Of a DNA stretch of 54,960 nucleotides, positions 19,313-29,573 are shown in pieces. The notes under the pieces were generated by a model, which saw nothing but the letters and a program-made list of their open reading frames with translations, was not told the DNA's origin and did not search any database. Where the stretch lies: IMG/VR virus record IMGVR_UViG_3300020172_002489, positions 1 through 54,960 of that record; one strand, given 5' to 3'. The DNA is from a virus. Its lineage: Duplodnaviria; Caudoviricetes. The position numbers were made by a program, and so were the translations under genes. Every line of letters starts with the position of its first letter. The stretch's first letter is position 1.

Positions 19313-22300
19313 TGGTTATAAACAAAATTTATCACTTAGCAGATTTACACATTCGTAATTTGCAAAGACACAAAGAATATCGATTGATATTCAAACAATT
19401 CTTAGAACAAGTTGAAAAGGATAATATCCAAGATTCTGTCATTTATATTGCAGGAGATATTGCCCATGCAAAAACCGAAATGTCTCCCGAACTTATTCAA
19501 GAAATTTCTTGGTTCTTAACCGAGTGTTCTAATTTGAGAGAAACAATTCTAATCACGGGTAACCACGATTGTAACTTAAATAACTCACATAGATTGGATG
19601 TCCTTACTCCAATTGTGGAAAACCTTAATAACCCTCGCATTCATTATCTTCGTGATACTGGAGTGTATAACATCCACAATTTAACCTTTGTGGTGTATTC
19701 AATTCTTGATAATAAATCGAATTGGCCTAAGGGTGATACTATTGAAGGTGAAAACAAAATATGTTTATTTCACGGTCCAGTGAATAAAGCACAAACTGAT
19801 ATTGGTTATACCGTTTCTTCAAACTCATTCCAAGTGGATATGTTTGATGGGTTTGATATGGCCCTACTTGGAGATATTCACAAGAGACAAACTTTTGGTG
19901 AAGGGTATGAGTGGGTTGCCTATGCAGGTTCGATGGTTCAACAAAACCACGGTGAGATGTTGGAAAACCACGGTTATCTCTTATGGGATGTCCCAACTCG
20001 AACTTTTACCGAGCATCATCTCCATAACGATTATGGGTTCTTGACAGTTGATGTTGTTGATGGAAAGATTCCACAATGGGTATATGATGAACTTGATACC
20101 AAGTTACCAAAACAACCTCGTTTAAGATTACGATTTACAAATACCGAACCATCTCAAATGAAAGTTTGTATTGCCGAACTTAAAAAGATGTTTAAGGTGG
20201 ATGAAGTGACAGTAACAAGAACTGATACTATTGGACAACTAAAAACAAATACCAAACTAAATAAAAATATTGTTGGTAATGTTAAAGATGAAACTTTCCA
20301 AAACTCTCTAATCAGAGATTACTTGGAAAGACAATATCTTTTGGAAGATTCCGAGTTAGATAAGATTGCAGAAATCAACAAAGAGTTGAATACTAAAATC
20401 AATTCAGATAACCTACCTGAAAACATTTTATGGACACCTAAGAGTTTAGAGTTCTCAAATATGTTCTCATACGGTGAAGGAAACTTGGTAAGGTTTGATA
20501 GAGCACAAGGTATAATGGGTATCTTTGCACCAAACGCAAGTGGTAAATCATCTCTTTTTGATGCTCTTTCGTTTTGTATCTACGATAAAACATCACGAAC
20601 TTCTTCTGCTAAAAACATTCTAAATAATCAAAAAGATAATTTCTATTGTAAGTTTAACTTTGAAATTGATGGTGTTGATTATTTCATCGAACGAACTGCA
20701 AAGTATGTCCGAAAACAAACTGCAGTTAAAGTAGATGTGAATTTTTGGAGAGAAGATAATGGGATTGCCGAATCCTTAAATGGAGAACAACGAAGAGAAA
20801 CCAACGAAAATATTGAAAAGTATTTGGGTAAGTTTGAGGATTTTGTTCTAACTACTCTTTCTCTGCAAGGAAACAATGCTCTCTTCATTGATAAATCACA
20901 ATCAGAAAGAAAGGAGATTTTATCTCAATTTATTGGTGTGGATATATTTGATAAATTGTATAATTTGGCATCAGATGAGAATAGAGATAATGCAACACTT
21001 ATCAGAAAATTTAAATCAGATGATTTTACTACAAAATTAGCAGAGATTGATACAACTCTTAAAACTGATAAAAATGAGTTCAAATTATTGGAAATTTATC
21101 AAACTTCACTAAAAGATGAAGAAGATAATTTAAACAAACAAATTATTAAGTTAAACGAGAAAATTGTAAAATTAAATTCTGATAGTGGTGTTTCGATTGA
21201 TGAATTAGAAAGTAGATTAAAAATTCTTGAAGATAAAATAGATGAAGTAAAATCATCAAAAGGTGCAATTCAGGAAAGAATTACCCATCGTGAAGAATTA
21301 CAAGTAACTTTAGAAGAAATCATTGATGGATATGATGAGGATGACTTAAAAGATGCAATCAATAAAATTACCGAGACAAAACAAAATATTTCCAAAATTG
21401 AATCGGCAATTGAAAAAATAAACATCAAATTAGAATCATTAAATTCTCAAAAAGAACACTTGGATTCTCATAAATACAATGAAAAATGTGAGGTGTGTAT
21501 AGAAAACTCACAAACCATTTTTGAAGAAATGAAGCGAGTAAATTTTTCTATTGTGGAAGGAAAAATTCAAGTAGAAGATTTTACTACTCAATTAAATGGA
21601 TTGGTTGATATTATCAATCAAACTAAAGGATTGGTTCAAGATTGGGAAAATCTTAAAGAAGCAAAAGAAAAAGAAGATAAGATTGATAGAGAACTTTCTC
21701 AGTTACATAATCAACTTTCCACCAAGGAAACTGAAGAAGTTAAATTGGAATCTCAAATTAATCAACAACAACAACTGATTGATGAGTATTACAAGAATGA
21801 GGAACAAATCAAGAAAAATAGAGAAATTAGAGAAGAAATCACCGATGTTAGAGATAAACTCAAAATCGTTAAAGATAATTTGACTAAACTAAATTCTCAG
21901 ATTCTAAAACTAAATGGTAAGATTTCTGCTCTTCAAAATCAAAAAGAAACAATAGAGACACAAATCAAAGAGGTTAGAGAATTGGAAGACCAATCCAAGT
22001 TATTTGACTATTATTTGAATACACTTGGTAAAGATGGTGTTTCTTATGAATTGATTGAAAAGGCCCTACCAATGATTGAAGGTGAAGTAAATAACATCTT
22101 AGGTCAGATTGTAGAGTTTGGAATGCAGTTAGAGATGGATGGTAAGAATATCAATGCATATCTCGTTTATGGTGACCAAAAGTGGTCTTTGGAGATGTGT
22201 AGTGGTATGGAGAGATTTATTAGTGGACTTGCAATCCGAGTTGCCCTAATCAATGTGTGTAACCTACCTCGTCCAAATTTCTTGGTAATTGATGAAGGGT

Positions 22301-22470
22301 TCGGTACTTTGGATAGTGAGAACCTACAATCGTTATTTATGTTATTTACCTATTTAAAGACACAATTTGATTTTGTGATGATTATTTCTCACATCGATTC
22401 AATGCGAGATGTAGTAGATAATTTAGTAGAGATTAAAAAGATAAATGGATTCTCACAAGTTAAGTTCTAA
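19312..22470 (+). CDS. Fused Mre11/SbcD nuclease - Rad50/SbcC ATPase (gp47-gp46 fusion)
   Basis: DLH, GD, GNHD and GDIH phosphoesterase motifs; Walker A APNASGKSS; coiled coil with CEVC hook; CSGME signature; VIDEGFGTLD Walker B/D-loop. Confidence 0.92.
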   Translation: MVINKIYHLADLHIRNLQRHKEYRLIFKQFLEQVEKDNIQDSVIYIAGDIAHAKTEMSPELIQEISWFLTECSNLRETILITGNHDCNLNNSHRLDVLTPIVENLNNPRIHYLRDTGVYNIHNLTFVVYSILDNKSNWPKGDTIEGENKICLFHGPVNKAQTDIGYTVSSNSFQVDMFDGFDMALLGDIHKRQTFGEGYEWVAYAGSMVQQNHGEMLENHGYLLWDVPTRTFTEHHLHNDYGFLTVDVVDGKIPQWVYDELDTKLPKQPRLRLRFTNTEPSQMKVCIAELKKMFKVDEVTVTRTDTIGQLKTNTKLNKNIVGNVKDETFQNSLIRDYLERQYLLEDSELDKIAEINKELNTKINSDNLPENILWTPKSLEFSNMFSYGEGNLVRFDRAQGIMGIFAPNASGKSSLFDALSFCIYDKTSRTSSAKNILNNQKDNFYCKFNFEIDGVDYFIERTAKYVRKQTAVKVDVNFWREDNGIAESLNGEQRRETNENIEKYLGKFEDFVLTTLSLQGNNALFIDKSQSERKEILSQFIGVDIFDKLYNLASDENRDNATLIRKFKSDDFTTKLAEIDTTLKTDKNEFKLLEIYQTSLKDEEDNLNKQIIKLNEKIVKLNSDSGVSIDELESRLKILEDKIDEVKSSKGAIQERITHREELQVTLEEIIDGYDEDDLKDAINKITETKQNISKIESAIEKINIKLESLNSQKEHLDSHKYNEKCEVCIENSQTIFEEMKRVNFSIVEGKIQVEDFTTQLNGLVDIINQTKGLVQDWENLKEAKEKEDKIDRELSQLHNQLSTKETEEVKLESQINQQQQLIDEYYKNEEQIKKNREIREEITDVRDKLKIVKDNLTKLNSQILKLNGKISALQNQKETIETQIKEVRELEDQSKLFDYYLNTLGKDGVSYELIEKALPMIEGEVNNILGQIVEFGMQLEMDGKNINAYLVYGDQKWSLEMCSGMERFISGLAIRVALINVCNLPRPNFLVIDEGFGTLDSENLQSLFMLFTYLKTQFDFVMIISHIDSMRDVVDNLVEIKKINGFSQVKF

Positions 22471-22627
22471 CCTTTAACACATTTTGAGGTTTAGGATGTA
22501 ACACTCTTTGTTTAATAAGAGATTCAACCAATCCACTTAATTTAAACCCATGTTCCTTGCAGTATTCTTGTAAGAGTTCATGGGTTTCTTTTTTTATCTG
22601 AATTGTGGTATATTTTGTTTTTTCCAT
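22460..22627 (-). CDS. Small ribbon-helix-helix DNA-binding protein (55 aa; below ORF-track cutoff)
   Basis: Manual translation MEKTKYTTIQIKKETHELLQEYCKEHGFKLSGLVESLIKQRVLHPKPQNVLKVRT shows a beta strand-helix-G-helix RHH pattern; fills the intergenic gap. Confidence 0.75.
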   Translation of the reverse strand: MEKTKYTTIQIKKETHELLQEYCKEHGFKLSGLVESLIKQRVLHPKPQNVLKVRT

Positions 22628-22633
22628 AGATTA

Positions 22634-22697
22634 CTATAACTTTCTATATACTTCTATATATTTTAATAATAAGTATTAAAAAACTCCATATTTATTA
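22634..22697. promoter_or_regulatory. Divergent promoter-motif pair with 10-bp-phased CTATA repeats
   Basis: CTATA at 22634, 22644 and 22654; ATACTTATTA on the - strand (22667-22676); ATATTTATTA on the + strand (22688-22697). Confidence 0.5.
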
Positions 22698-22714
22698 TGG
22701 TATCGGAGTTGTAT

Positions 22715-25700
22715 ATGGCAATAATAAAATCATTTTCACCTTTTCAAAATCTTTCTAACTTTTCAACTTTTATAGTTGATAGAAATCCCAATTCGGATTT
22801 TTTTAGAATCACAGAATTCAAAGAAACTTTTAGTGGAGGTAAGAATGGGTTCTTAATTGAGGGTTCTGAATTTTTAAAAGAGACAACCGAGGTTAAAATC
22901 GAAATCTTGGATGTTGAGGGAAATCCAGTATATTTCGAACCCGGCAAAGGTATTCCTGATTATTATGAAGGTGTATCATCTCTTGTCTCTGTCCATGTTT
23001 ATCCCGATACTCCGATAGGAATTGGAAAGATTACCGTACTTGGTGAATTAAAAGAGTATATAAACGAAAATGGAACCCTCCTACCGATTCCAAATGAATG
23101 GAAGGGTGTTTATAACGTCAAGTGGGAAAGAACCTTTAAAATCAACAGAAACATCTCTAATGAGGATACTGTTCGTTTTTATAGAAGACCATTGGTTTCT
23201 ATTTCAGAACTTGTAAAACCTATATTTTCAAAGACAATACCAAGTGTGACACAAAGTGGTTCATTGGAAGGTATTGCATTACAACCAACAGCAGGTTCAA
23301 ATCTTTCAACTTGGACGGCCGGAACTATTTACAAACTTAAAATTACCGATGGTGGTAGTTGGACAGGTTCAGTTGATGAAAATATTATAAACTTACCATC
23401 ACTTCCATATTCACCAACGGTTCGTGAAGTTTTAAATTCTAAAGAAATCTTAGTTGATGTTCCATATTCGATTGGAAATATTGTAACTAATTTTTCAGCA
23501 ACCCCATATACAACATCATTTGAATTTCTTGAAAATCAAACCATAGATAGTTCTGCATTAACTGGTTCATTTGCAAAAATAAACATATCAAATCTTAAAA
23601 CTTTTGTTGGTGATGTAGCAAGGGTAAAGGTATTTCGAAAATCAAGAAATGAGGTTACTGATTTTCAATTCGTACAAGAATCAAAATTAGAATCAACTGA
23701 ATTACTAAGAGATATAACTTTACCAAACGATACTGAAATTTCGTATGGTAACTTTACTCAAACTAATTTATCAAACTATTGGGTAACTTCATCAAACTCA
23801 CATCCTGTCAGTATAAATGTAGATGTATTGCAATCAGCAGTTAAAACCGATTACAATTTTTCTGCAGGAGGAATACAACAATTAATCACCTCTGAATCTT
23901 TTTCTATTACGAAAGATGTGGAATATACCCTAACATTCAAAACACTCATTAGCGGATCGCTAAATGGGTCAGAATACCTACGTGGATACCTCTCAGCATC
24001 AGATGGTTACCAACAAACATTTTTGAATATAAGTGGCTCTGATATTTACAAAACTCGTCAGATAGTTTCTCAAAATATTATTGCAAACCCAATCTCAGCT
24101 TCCAATGCAAAGTTGGTATTTGATATTAGTGGGTCAGACTGGTACATATCAAATATATCTTTAAAGAACGCACAAGAAACATCATTTTCACCTGATGAAT
24201 TTGTTTTAATTCAGGATATACCAAGAAAACTTGAATCCGAAACTTTTGATTTCCGATTTGAGTTTTATGATATAAATAACAACTATGTACCAGTAGATGT
24301 TGTAGCATCTGCAACTTTTGATGGTGGTAATGACTTTCCAACATCAGCAAAAATTTTAACTCTTCAATCAGATAGAAATGCATTTAGATTTTTTACTGGT
24401 TCTATAGCAAATCCACCATTTCAACAAATTGGATTTACAACTACTCGCCAAAACATTGCAGGAGATATAACATATGACCGTTCGGTGTTTGATATAACAG
24501 GAAGTTACATAAGTGAAGCTCAGTATTTATCTTTGGGTGGAACTGAATATCCTGGCCGATTACATACTTCATCATCTGCTGGATTCGTAGTTCAACTTGA
24601 TGAATTTAGTGGTTCGTTAGATACTTCAACCACAAGTTTATTTAGAGTTGGTTTCATTACCTATACTGCATCTGCAGATGGTTTAGAAGATTATGAAACC
24701 ATTTATAGATTAGAAGATGGTGATAATGCACCTGGTCTTTTTGCTTCATCAACTGCAAATCAATTCATTTACAAGGCAACTGATTTATCATTAAATCCAA
24801 CTGGCCAAGTAATTGTTTTTGATGTAAGAAGAAAAAATTTAAGTTCCGTTGGTTCGCCTATTATTATAAATTCAGGTAGTCAAGTTGGTACTGGTCCTGC
24901 ATTGAATTTGTTATTTGATGACCCAACAACTGGGGTGGCAACTTACTTCTTATCGGGGTCAACCTATAACTTTTTAAGTGGAAGTACAACTTATGTATTT
25001 ACATCATCCGATAGTTTTGGTATTGATTACCATGACCAAATAAAAATAACTCCCGTAAAAATATTAGATGGATTATCGGTAAATCTCACAAATGAAAATG
25101 CATCCTTACCAGCTCTTTCAACTGGATTTGTATCTAGTGGTTCGTTCGTGGCAACAAGTGGTTCGGTAAGTGTAAAGGTGGGTGCTGAAGATATTAGTAG
25201 GCAAGAGGGATTAACAACAAACAATAGATTTGATATAATTTCTGCATCAGGTGTAAATTGTACTCCTAATGATGATACTCCTGATGATTCTACTTATGGC
25301 ATTACTACTTTAACTGCCGATAGTGGTTCTTTAACTTTATTAGTAAGATACAAAGACGGGGCAGGTGATACAACTGATGTAACAAAGGTTGTAACCTATT
25401 CAAAAAGTAAAAGAGGAGTACCAAATGTGGAAGTTGCAGTAACTCCAACTGCTCAATCAATCCAATCAAATTCTCGTGGTAGTGGTTCTGCTACACCACA
25501 AACTTTAACCGTAACTGCATTAGAAGGTGGAATTGATAGATTTACTGGATTCGGTTCAATTACACCAACAAATGGATTGACAATAAATAGTTCTAGTCCA
25601 CCTACAATAACTTTCACAAGTAATGCTAGTTCAATGACTTCCGATAGTGGAACGGTAACAATTCCTGTCAATTTCACCGATAGTGAAAATGTATCGGGTA

Positions 25701-28435
25701 CAAAGAATGTTGTTGCCACAATATCACGAGTAAGAAGTTCCGCGCCAGTTGTAAACATTTCGGCAAACCCACAATCCCAAACTGTAACAAGTGGTTCTTT
25801 AGTTGGTATAGGAACACCGACTAATGTAACCGTTGTGGTAAATGAAGGTGGTTCAAATTATACATATAATACAAGTGGAGCAAATACTTTTAATATAACT
25901 GGTGTTACAAATGCTACAAATAATGGTAATGGTACAATCACGCCCAACACCCCAAGTAGTATTAGTGGTACGAGTGGTGTAATAACCATTTCTTACAGAA
26001 ACTCCGAAGGTACTTCGTTTACTGGTAAAACTATTGATTTTGTAGTTGGAGTAAATGGTATCGGTAGTCCAGGTGCAACTGGAGCAACTGGTGCTGCAGG
26101 AGCAAATGGTGCGAATGGTGCTGCAGGTTCAAATGGAGTTGTAATAAATGTGTCACCACCATCACAAACCATAAGTAGAAGTACAAGTGGTGTATTTGAT
26201 ACACCTGCAATTTTTACAGTAACAGTTTCTGAAAATGGAACTTTACTTACACATCAGGCCGGTACTGGTACACCATCTACTTCTTATTTTACAATTACAT
26301 CTTTAAGTAATGGTACATTAACGGCTGGAAGCGGTACTACTACTCCTGATATAACTCCATCAACACCATCATCAACGGCAGGATTAACAACTACATTCAA
26401 TGTAACTTATACCGATTCCAAAGGTACCACATCTTCTGCAATTGCTCAATCTCATGTGGTTAGTGTTGCATTAGATGGTTCAACTGGGCCAGGCGTGGTT
26501 CATACTGGAATTTGGGCATCGGGTAGGGCATATCAGTACTCGGATGGTCTGACAGATTCAACAGGTAGAAGAGATACCGTATTGTGGAGTTCGACTGGGT
26601 CTCCCCCATACGATACTTATTACGCAACAAATACTTCACATACATCAACAAATAATAGTAGTACATCAACTGGTAGACCTGATTTAGGTGGACCGTGGAC
26701 ATCTCTTGGTACTCAAGATTTCTTTGTTGCTGCAAAGATTGGTATATTTGAAGAATCGTATGTCCAAAACACATTAAACATTGGTACAAATAATAATGGT
26801 GGAGTTTCTTCTGCTAATATAACTTTGGCTGGGAGTACATCGAATCCATATATTTCAATAGGACAAAGTGGAACTGTTGGTTCACAAGGATATAATATAA
26901 CTGGTATATTCTTAGGTCAAGATAGTGGAACTTCAAAACTTTCTTTAAAATCTGCAACAAATTCTTTAACTTGGGATGGAACAAATCTAAACATAGTTGG
27001 TAATTTAAGTGTTGGTAGTACAGTTCCAAATACAGTAGTAACTGGATTGGGAGCATTGGCAACTCAAAGTAGTGTATCAACTGGCCAAGTTACTGGTCTT
27101 GGAACATTGGCAACTCAAAATACAGTATCAACGGGACAAGTTACAGGATTAGGAGCATTAGCAACTTTAAGTACCGTAACAAATACAGAATTAGCGGCCA
27201 ACGCGGTAACGGAAGGTAAAATAGCAACAGATGCAGTTACTTCTGGTAAAATATCAGCGAACGCAATAGTTGCCGATAAAATTGCTGCAAATGCAATAGT
27301 TGCCGATAAAATTGCTACAAATGCTATAACTGCAGGTAAGATTGCTGCTGGTTCAGTAACGGCTGATAAAATAACAGTAAGTGAATTATCGGCGTTAGGT
27401 GCTACAATTGGAGGTTGGTCGATATCAAATACAGCTATATCAAAAACTACTGGTGGACAAGGTACTATTACTTTAGATTCTAGTAATAACAAAATTGTAT
27501 TAAGTGATACATCGGCTACTAGGTTTGAAGTTAATACTTCTACTAGTTTAACAATCCCAACTACATCAACGGATAGAAAAACATTAATTAGTAATGCCGG
27601 ATTTTTAGTGGCAAGAGATGATGAAAGATATTTTAGACATATTACTGATGGTGCTGCACCTATAGGCGGAAAATCATTCGTTTTTAATGATACTAAAGGT
27701 GGGTTTAGAACCGATATACTCACATTTCATACTCCTGTATTATCTGAAGATTATTTAAAATTTCCAACTTCAAGTGCCAATCTTGATAATGATTCGTTAT
27801 TACCATATCAAATAGTTAGTGGAACACCTAACCTATCATTTCCAATTTGGATGCCTAGAACATCGGAAGTAATAATGTACGATAGACCAGGTGACCCAGG
27901 CGGTGGTTACCAAGCAGGAAGTCAACCGTATAATGCAGGTGGATTACAAACTGATGGTGGAACTACTATTGGTGGAACTACATTTAGAATACATACTGGA
28001 GTACCGGAAAATGATAGTACATTTGGTGGTGTTACATTACCTCTTCGTTTTAGAATAGACCGATATGGTAGTGTTCAAATTCCAATATTAGCAAATGGTA
28101 CAATTACTACAATTAATAATATTGGCCAACTATCAACCTCATCTGATAAAAATTTAAAAATAGATGCTGGATTTATTGAAAACGGGCTTGATAAAGTATT
28201 AGCACTAAAACCACGATACTTTTATTGGAAAAATGATACATCAGCACCAAAAAAACAATTAGGATTTTATGCACAAGAAGTAAATGAAGTTTCCGAAGAA
28301 ACTGCCAATACACCTGCCGAAGGAGGTGGATGGGGAATTTACGATAGAGGTTTAATTGCTATTTTAACAAAAGCTATACAAGAATTATCTGAAAAAGTAG
28401 AAAAATTAGAAGCAAAAATAAGTGGGTCTATATGA
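22715..28435 (+). CDS. Long tail fibre/receptor-binding protein with C-terminal peptidase S74 intramolecular chaperone
   Basis: S/T/G-rich beta repeats, collagen-like segment, LGALATQ and AIVADKIA repeats, and SDKNLK...LKPRYFYWK...LGFYAQEV. The start could also be 22697. Confidence 0.85.
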   Translation: MAIIKSFSPFQNLSNFSTFIVDRNPNSDFFRITEFKETFSGGKNGFLIEGSEFLKETTEVKIEILDVEGNPVYFEPGKGIPDYYEGVSSLVSVHVYPDTPIGIGKITVLGELKEYINENGTLLPIPNEWKGVYNVKWERTFKINRNISNEDTVRFYRRPLVSISELVKPIFSKTIPSVTQSGSLEGIALQPTAGSNLSTWTAGTIYKLKITDGGSWTGSVDENIINLPSLPYSPTVREVLNSKEILVDVPYSIGNIVTNFSATPYTTSFEFLENQTIDSSALTGSFAKINISNLKTFVGDVARVKVFRKSRNEVTDFQFVQESKLESTELLRDITLPNDTEISYGNFTQTNLSNYWVTSSNSHPVSINVDVLQSAVKTDYNFSAGGIQQLITSESFSITKDVEYTLTFKTLISGSLNGSEYLRGYLSASDGYQQTFLNISGSDIYKTRQIVSQNIIANPISASNAKLVFDISGSDWYISNISLKNAQETSFSPDEFVLIQDIPRKLESETFDFRFEFYDINNNYVPVDVVASATFDGGNDFPTSAKILTLQSDRNAFRFFTGSIANPPFQQIGFTTTRQNIAGDITYDRSVFDITGSYISEAQYLSLGGTEYPGRLHTSSSAGFVVQLDEFSGSLDTSTTSLFRVGFITYTASADGLEDYETIYRLEDGDNAPGLFASSTANQFIYKATDLSLNPTGQVIVFDVRRKNLSSVGSPIIINSGSQVGTGPALNLLFDDPTTGVATYFLSGSTYNFLSGSTTYVFTSSDSFGIDYHDQIKITPVKILDGLSVNLTNENASLPALSTGFVSSGSFVATSGSVSVKVGAEDISRQEGLTTNNRFDIISASGVNCTPNDDTPDDSTYGITTLTADSGSLTLLVRYKDGAGDTTDVTKVVTYSKSKRGVPNVEVAVTPTAQSIQSNSRGSGSATPQTLTVTALEGGIDRFTGFGSITPTNGLTINSSSPPTITFTSNASSMTSDSGTVTIPVNFTDSENVSGTKNVVATISRVRSSAPVVNISANPQSQTVTSGSLVGIGTPTNVTVVVNEGGSNYTYNTSGANTFNITGVTNATNNGNGTITPNTPSSISGTSGVITISYRNSEGTSFTGKTIDFVVGVNGIGSPGATGATGAAGANGANGAAGSNGVVINVSPPSQTISRSTSGVFDTPAIFTVTVSENGTLLTHQAGTGTPSTSYFTITSLSNGTLTAGSGTTTPDITPSTPSSTAGLTTTFNVTYTDSKGTTSSAIAQSHVVSVALDGSTGPGVVHTGIWASGRAYQYSDGLTDSTGRRDTVLWSSTGSPPYDTYYATNTSHTSTNNSSTSTGRPDLGGPWTSLGTQDFFVAAKIGIFEESYVQNTLNIGTNNNGGVSSANITLAGSTSNPYISIGQSGTVGSQGYNITGIFLGQDSGTSKLSLKSATNSLTWDGTNLNIVGNLSVGSTVPNTVVTGLGALATQSSVSTGQVTGLGTLATQNTVSTGQVTGLGALATLSTVTNTELAANAVTEGKIATDAVTSGKISANAIVADKIAANAIVADKIATNAITAGKIAAGSVTADKITVSELSALGATIGGWSISNTAISKTTGGQGTITLDSSNNKIVLSDTSATRFEVNTSTSLTIPTTSTDRKTLISNAGFLVARDDERYFRHITDGAAPIGGKSFVFNDTKGGFRTDILTFHTPVLSEDYLKFPTSSANLDNDSLLPYQIVSGTPNLSFPIWMPRTSEVIMYDRPGDPGGGYQAGSQPYNAGGLQTDGGTTIGGTTFRIHTGVPENDSTFGGVTLPLRFRIDRYGSVQIPILANGTITTINNIGQLSTSSDKNLKIDAGFIENGLDKVLALKPRYFYWKNDTSAPKKQLGFYAQEVNEVSEETANTPAEGGGWGIYDRGLIAILTKAIQELSEKVEKLEAKISGSI
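26063..26137 (+). repeat. Collagen-like (Gly-X-Y)8 segment in the tail fibre
   Basis: GSP GAT GAT GAA GAN GAN GAA GSN G. Confidence 0.85.
27034..27380 (+). repeat. Fibre shaft repeats (VTGLGALATQ x3; 10-aa AI/VxxxKIA repeats)
   Basis: Includes an exact 24-nt repeat GCAATAGTTGCCGATAAAATTGCT at 27263 and 27293. Confidence 0.85.
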
Positions 28436-28514
28436 TAGTTTATATCCAGATTTGTCTAGCATAAGTGGTGAAAATTGGATTTGTATAGTTTGGGTTTGGA
28501 AAAATAAATTTTAA
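28431..28514 (+). pseudogene. Decayed C-terminal fragment of a prolyl-4-hydroxylase-type 2OG-Fe(II) oxygenase
   Basis: Translates YDSLYPDLSSISGENWICIVWVWKNKF*, matching the SLH(A)GxPV.xGEKW...W.R pattern with degenerate substitutions. Confidence 0.55.
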
Positions 28515-28541
28515 ATACTTAGATAAAAGTTATATTAGAAT

Positions 28542-29573
28542 ATGAAGGTTTTAATTTCAACAGGTGGAGGTAATACGATAGTAGGTGGCTCTGATATGTG
28601 GGTAAACGATTTTCTTAAATACGTCTGGCCTACTCTTCCTTTGAAAAAAAGTTGGAAATTATTATTTGATTCAAAAAGACCTGCTAGTTTTAATCCAGTC
28701 TCCCTACCAAAAGGTCTTGCATATCATTTTCATGGAGATAACCCCGATGTAACGGAACAATGGTTAAAAAATTGTGAAGAAATTCATGTTTTACATCCAC
28801 ATTATCATAAGAGACCTCATATATGGCAGCATGAGGATAAATTTGAAACAATATTTGTTCATGCTTATGCTAAAGAAATTTTAAATGTTTTGGATAATAT
28901 GCCTGAATTAAATCAAATTCAAACTCAAACAAATGTTGATGTAAAATTTTATGAGGAGTATCTTTCAACATTTAGAAAACGAGTATGGATTGGTAATAAT
29001 CATTCAACATTATTAGATGATTTTCCAAATTATACATATGAAATTCCAAATTTTTATAAATTTAAACATAACTTACCACTCACTTCTCATATTGATAATG
29101 GAAAAATAGGATTTGCTTCGAGGACAGAAACTAGAAAATGTTTGCATTGGTTAAATGGTCATCAAGGATTCGCATTGACATCTCAACATGATGTAAAGAA
29201 TCTAAGAGATACTACAACTTATACATTAAAAGATATTGATATTTATCAATGGGACCCTGATATTTATCATTTTTTCATGTTAAAAAATTGGGGTATTTTT
29301 CATGGGGCATATTTTAAAGAACCATTTGGTTATTCTATTTTTCAATCGGTTGATTATGGAAAACTACCAATTTTAAATCACGATTGGGCACCCGAAGTAG
29401 AATACAAATACAGAGTTGGAAATAAGATGGAATTTGATAAAATGGTAAAAATTATTTTAAAAGATTCGTATGAAACTCGTTTAGAAAATTTTACAAATTT
29501 AAAATCTTATATGCTGAAGTTTGATAATGTGGAAAAATGGGTAGATGATGTTCGAAACGTCTTACTCAGATAA
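28542..29573 (+). CDS. Glycosyltransferase, GT-B/GT4-like
   Basis: N-terminal GGSDMW; C-terminal KEPFGYSIFQSVDYGKLPI. Confidence 0.7.
   Translation: MKVLISTGGGNTIVGGSDMWVNDFLKYVWPTLPLKKSWKLLFDSKRPASFNPVSLPKGLAYHFHGDNPDVTEQWLKNCEEIHVLHPHYHKRPHIWQHEDKFETIFVHAYAKEILNVLDNMPELNQIQTQTNVDVKFYEEYLSTFRKRVWIGNNHSTLLDDFPNYTYEIPNFYKFKHNLPLTSHIDNGKIGFASRTETRKCLHWLNGHQGFALTSQHDVKNLRDTTTYTLKDIDIYQWDPDIYHFFMLKNWGIFHGAYFKEPFGYSIFQSVDYGKLPILNHDWAPEVEYKYRVGNKMEFDKMVKIILKDSYETRLENFTNLKSYMLKFDNVEKWVDDVRNVLLR

Noticed and set aside
27034-27380. CRISPR array or DGR template/variable repeat
   Set aside because: The repeats are in-frame fibre-shaft peptide repeats; there are no unique spacers, no adenine-specific variation and no reverse transcriptase in the window.
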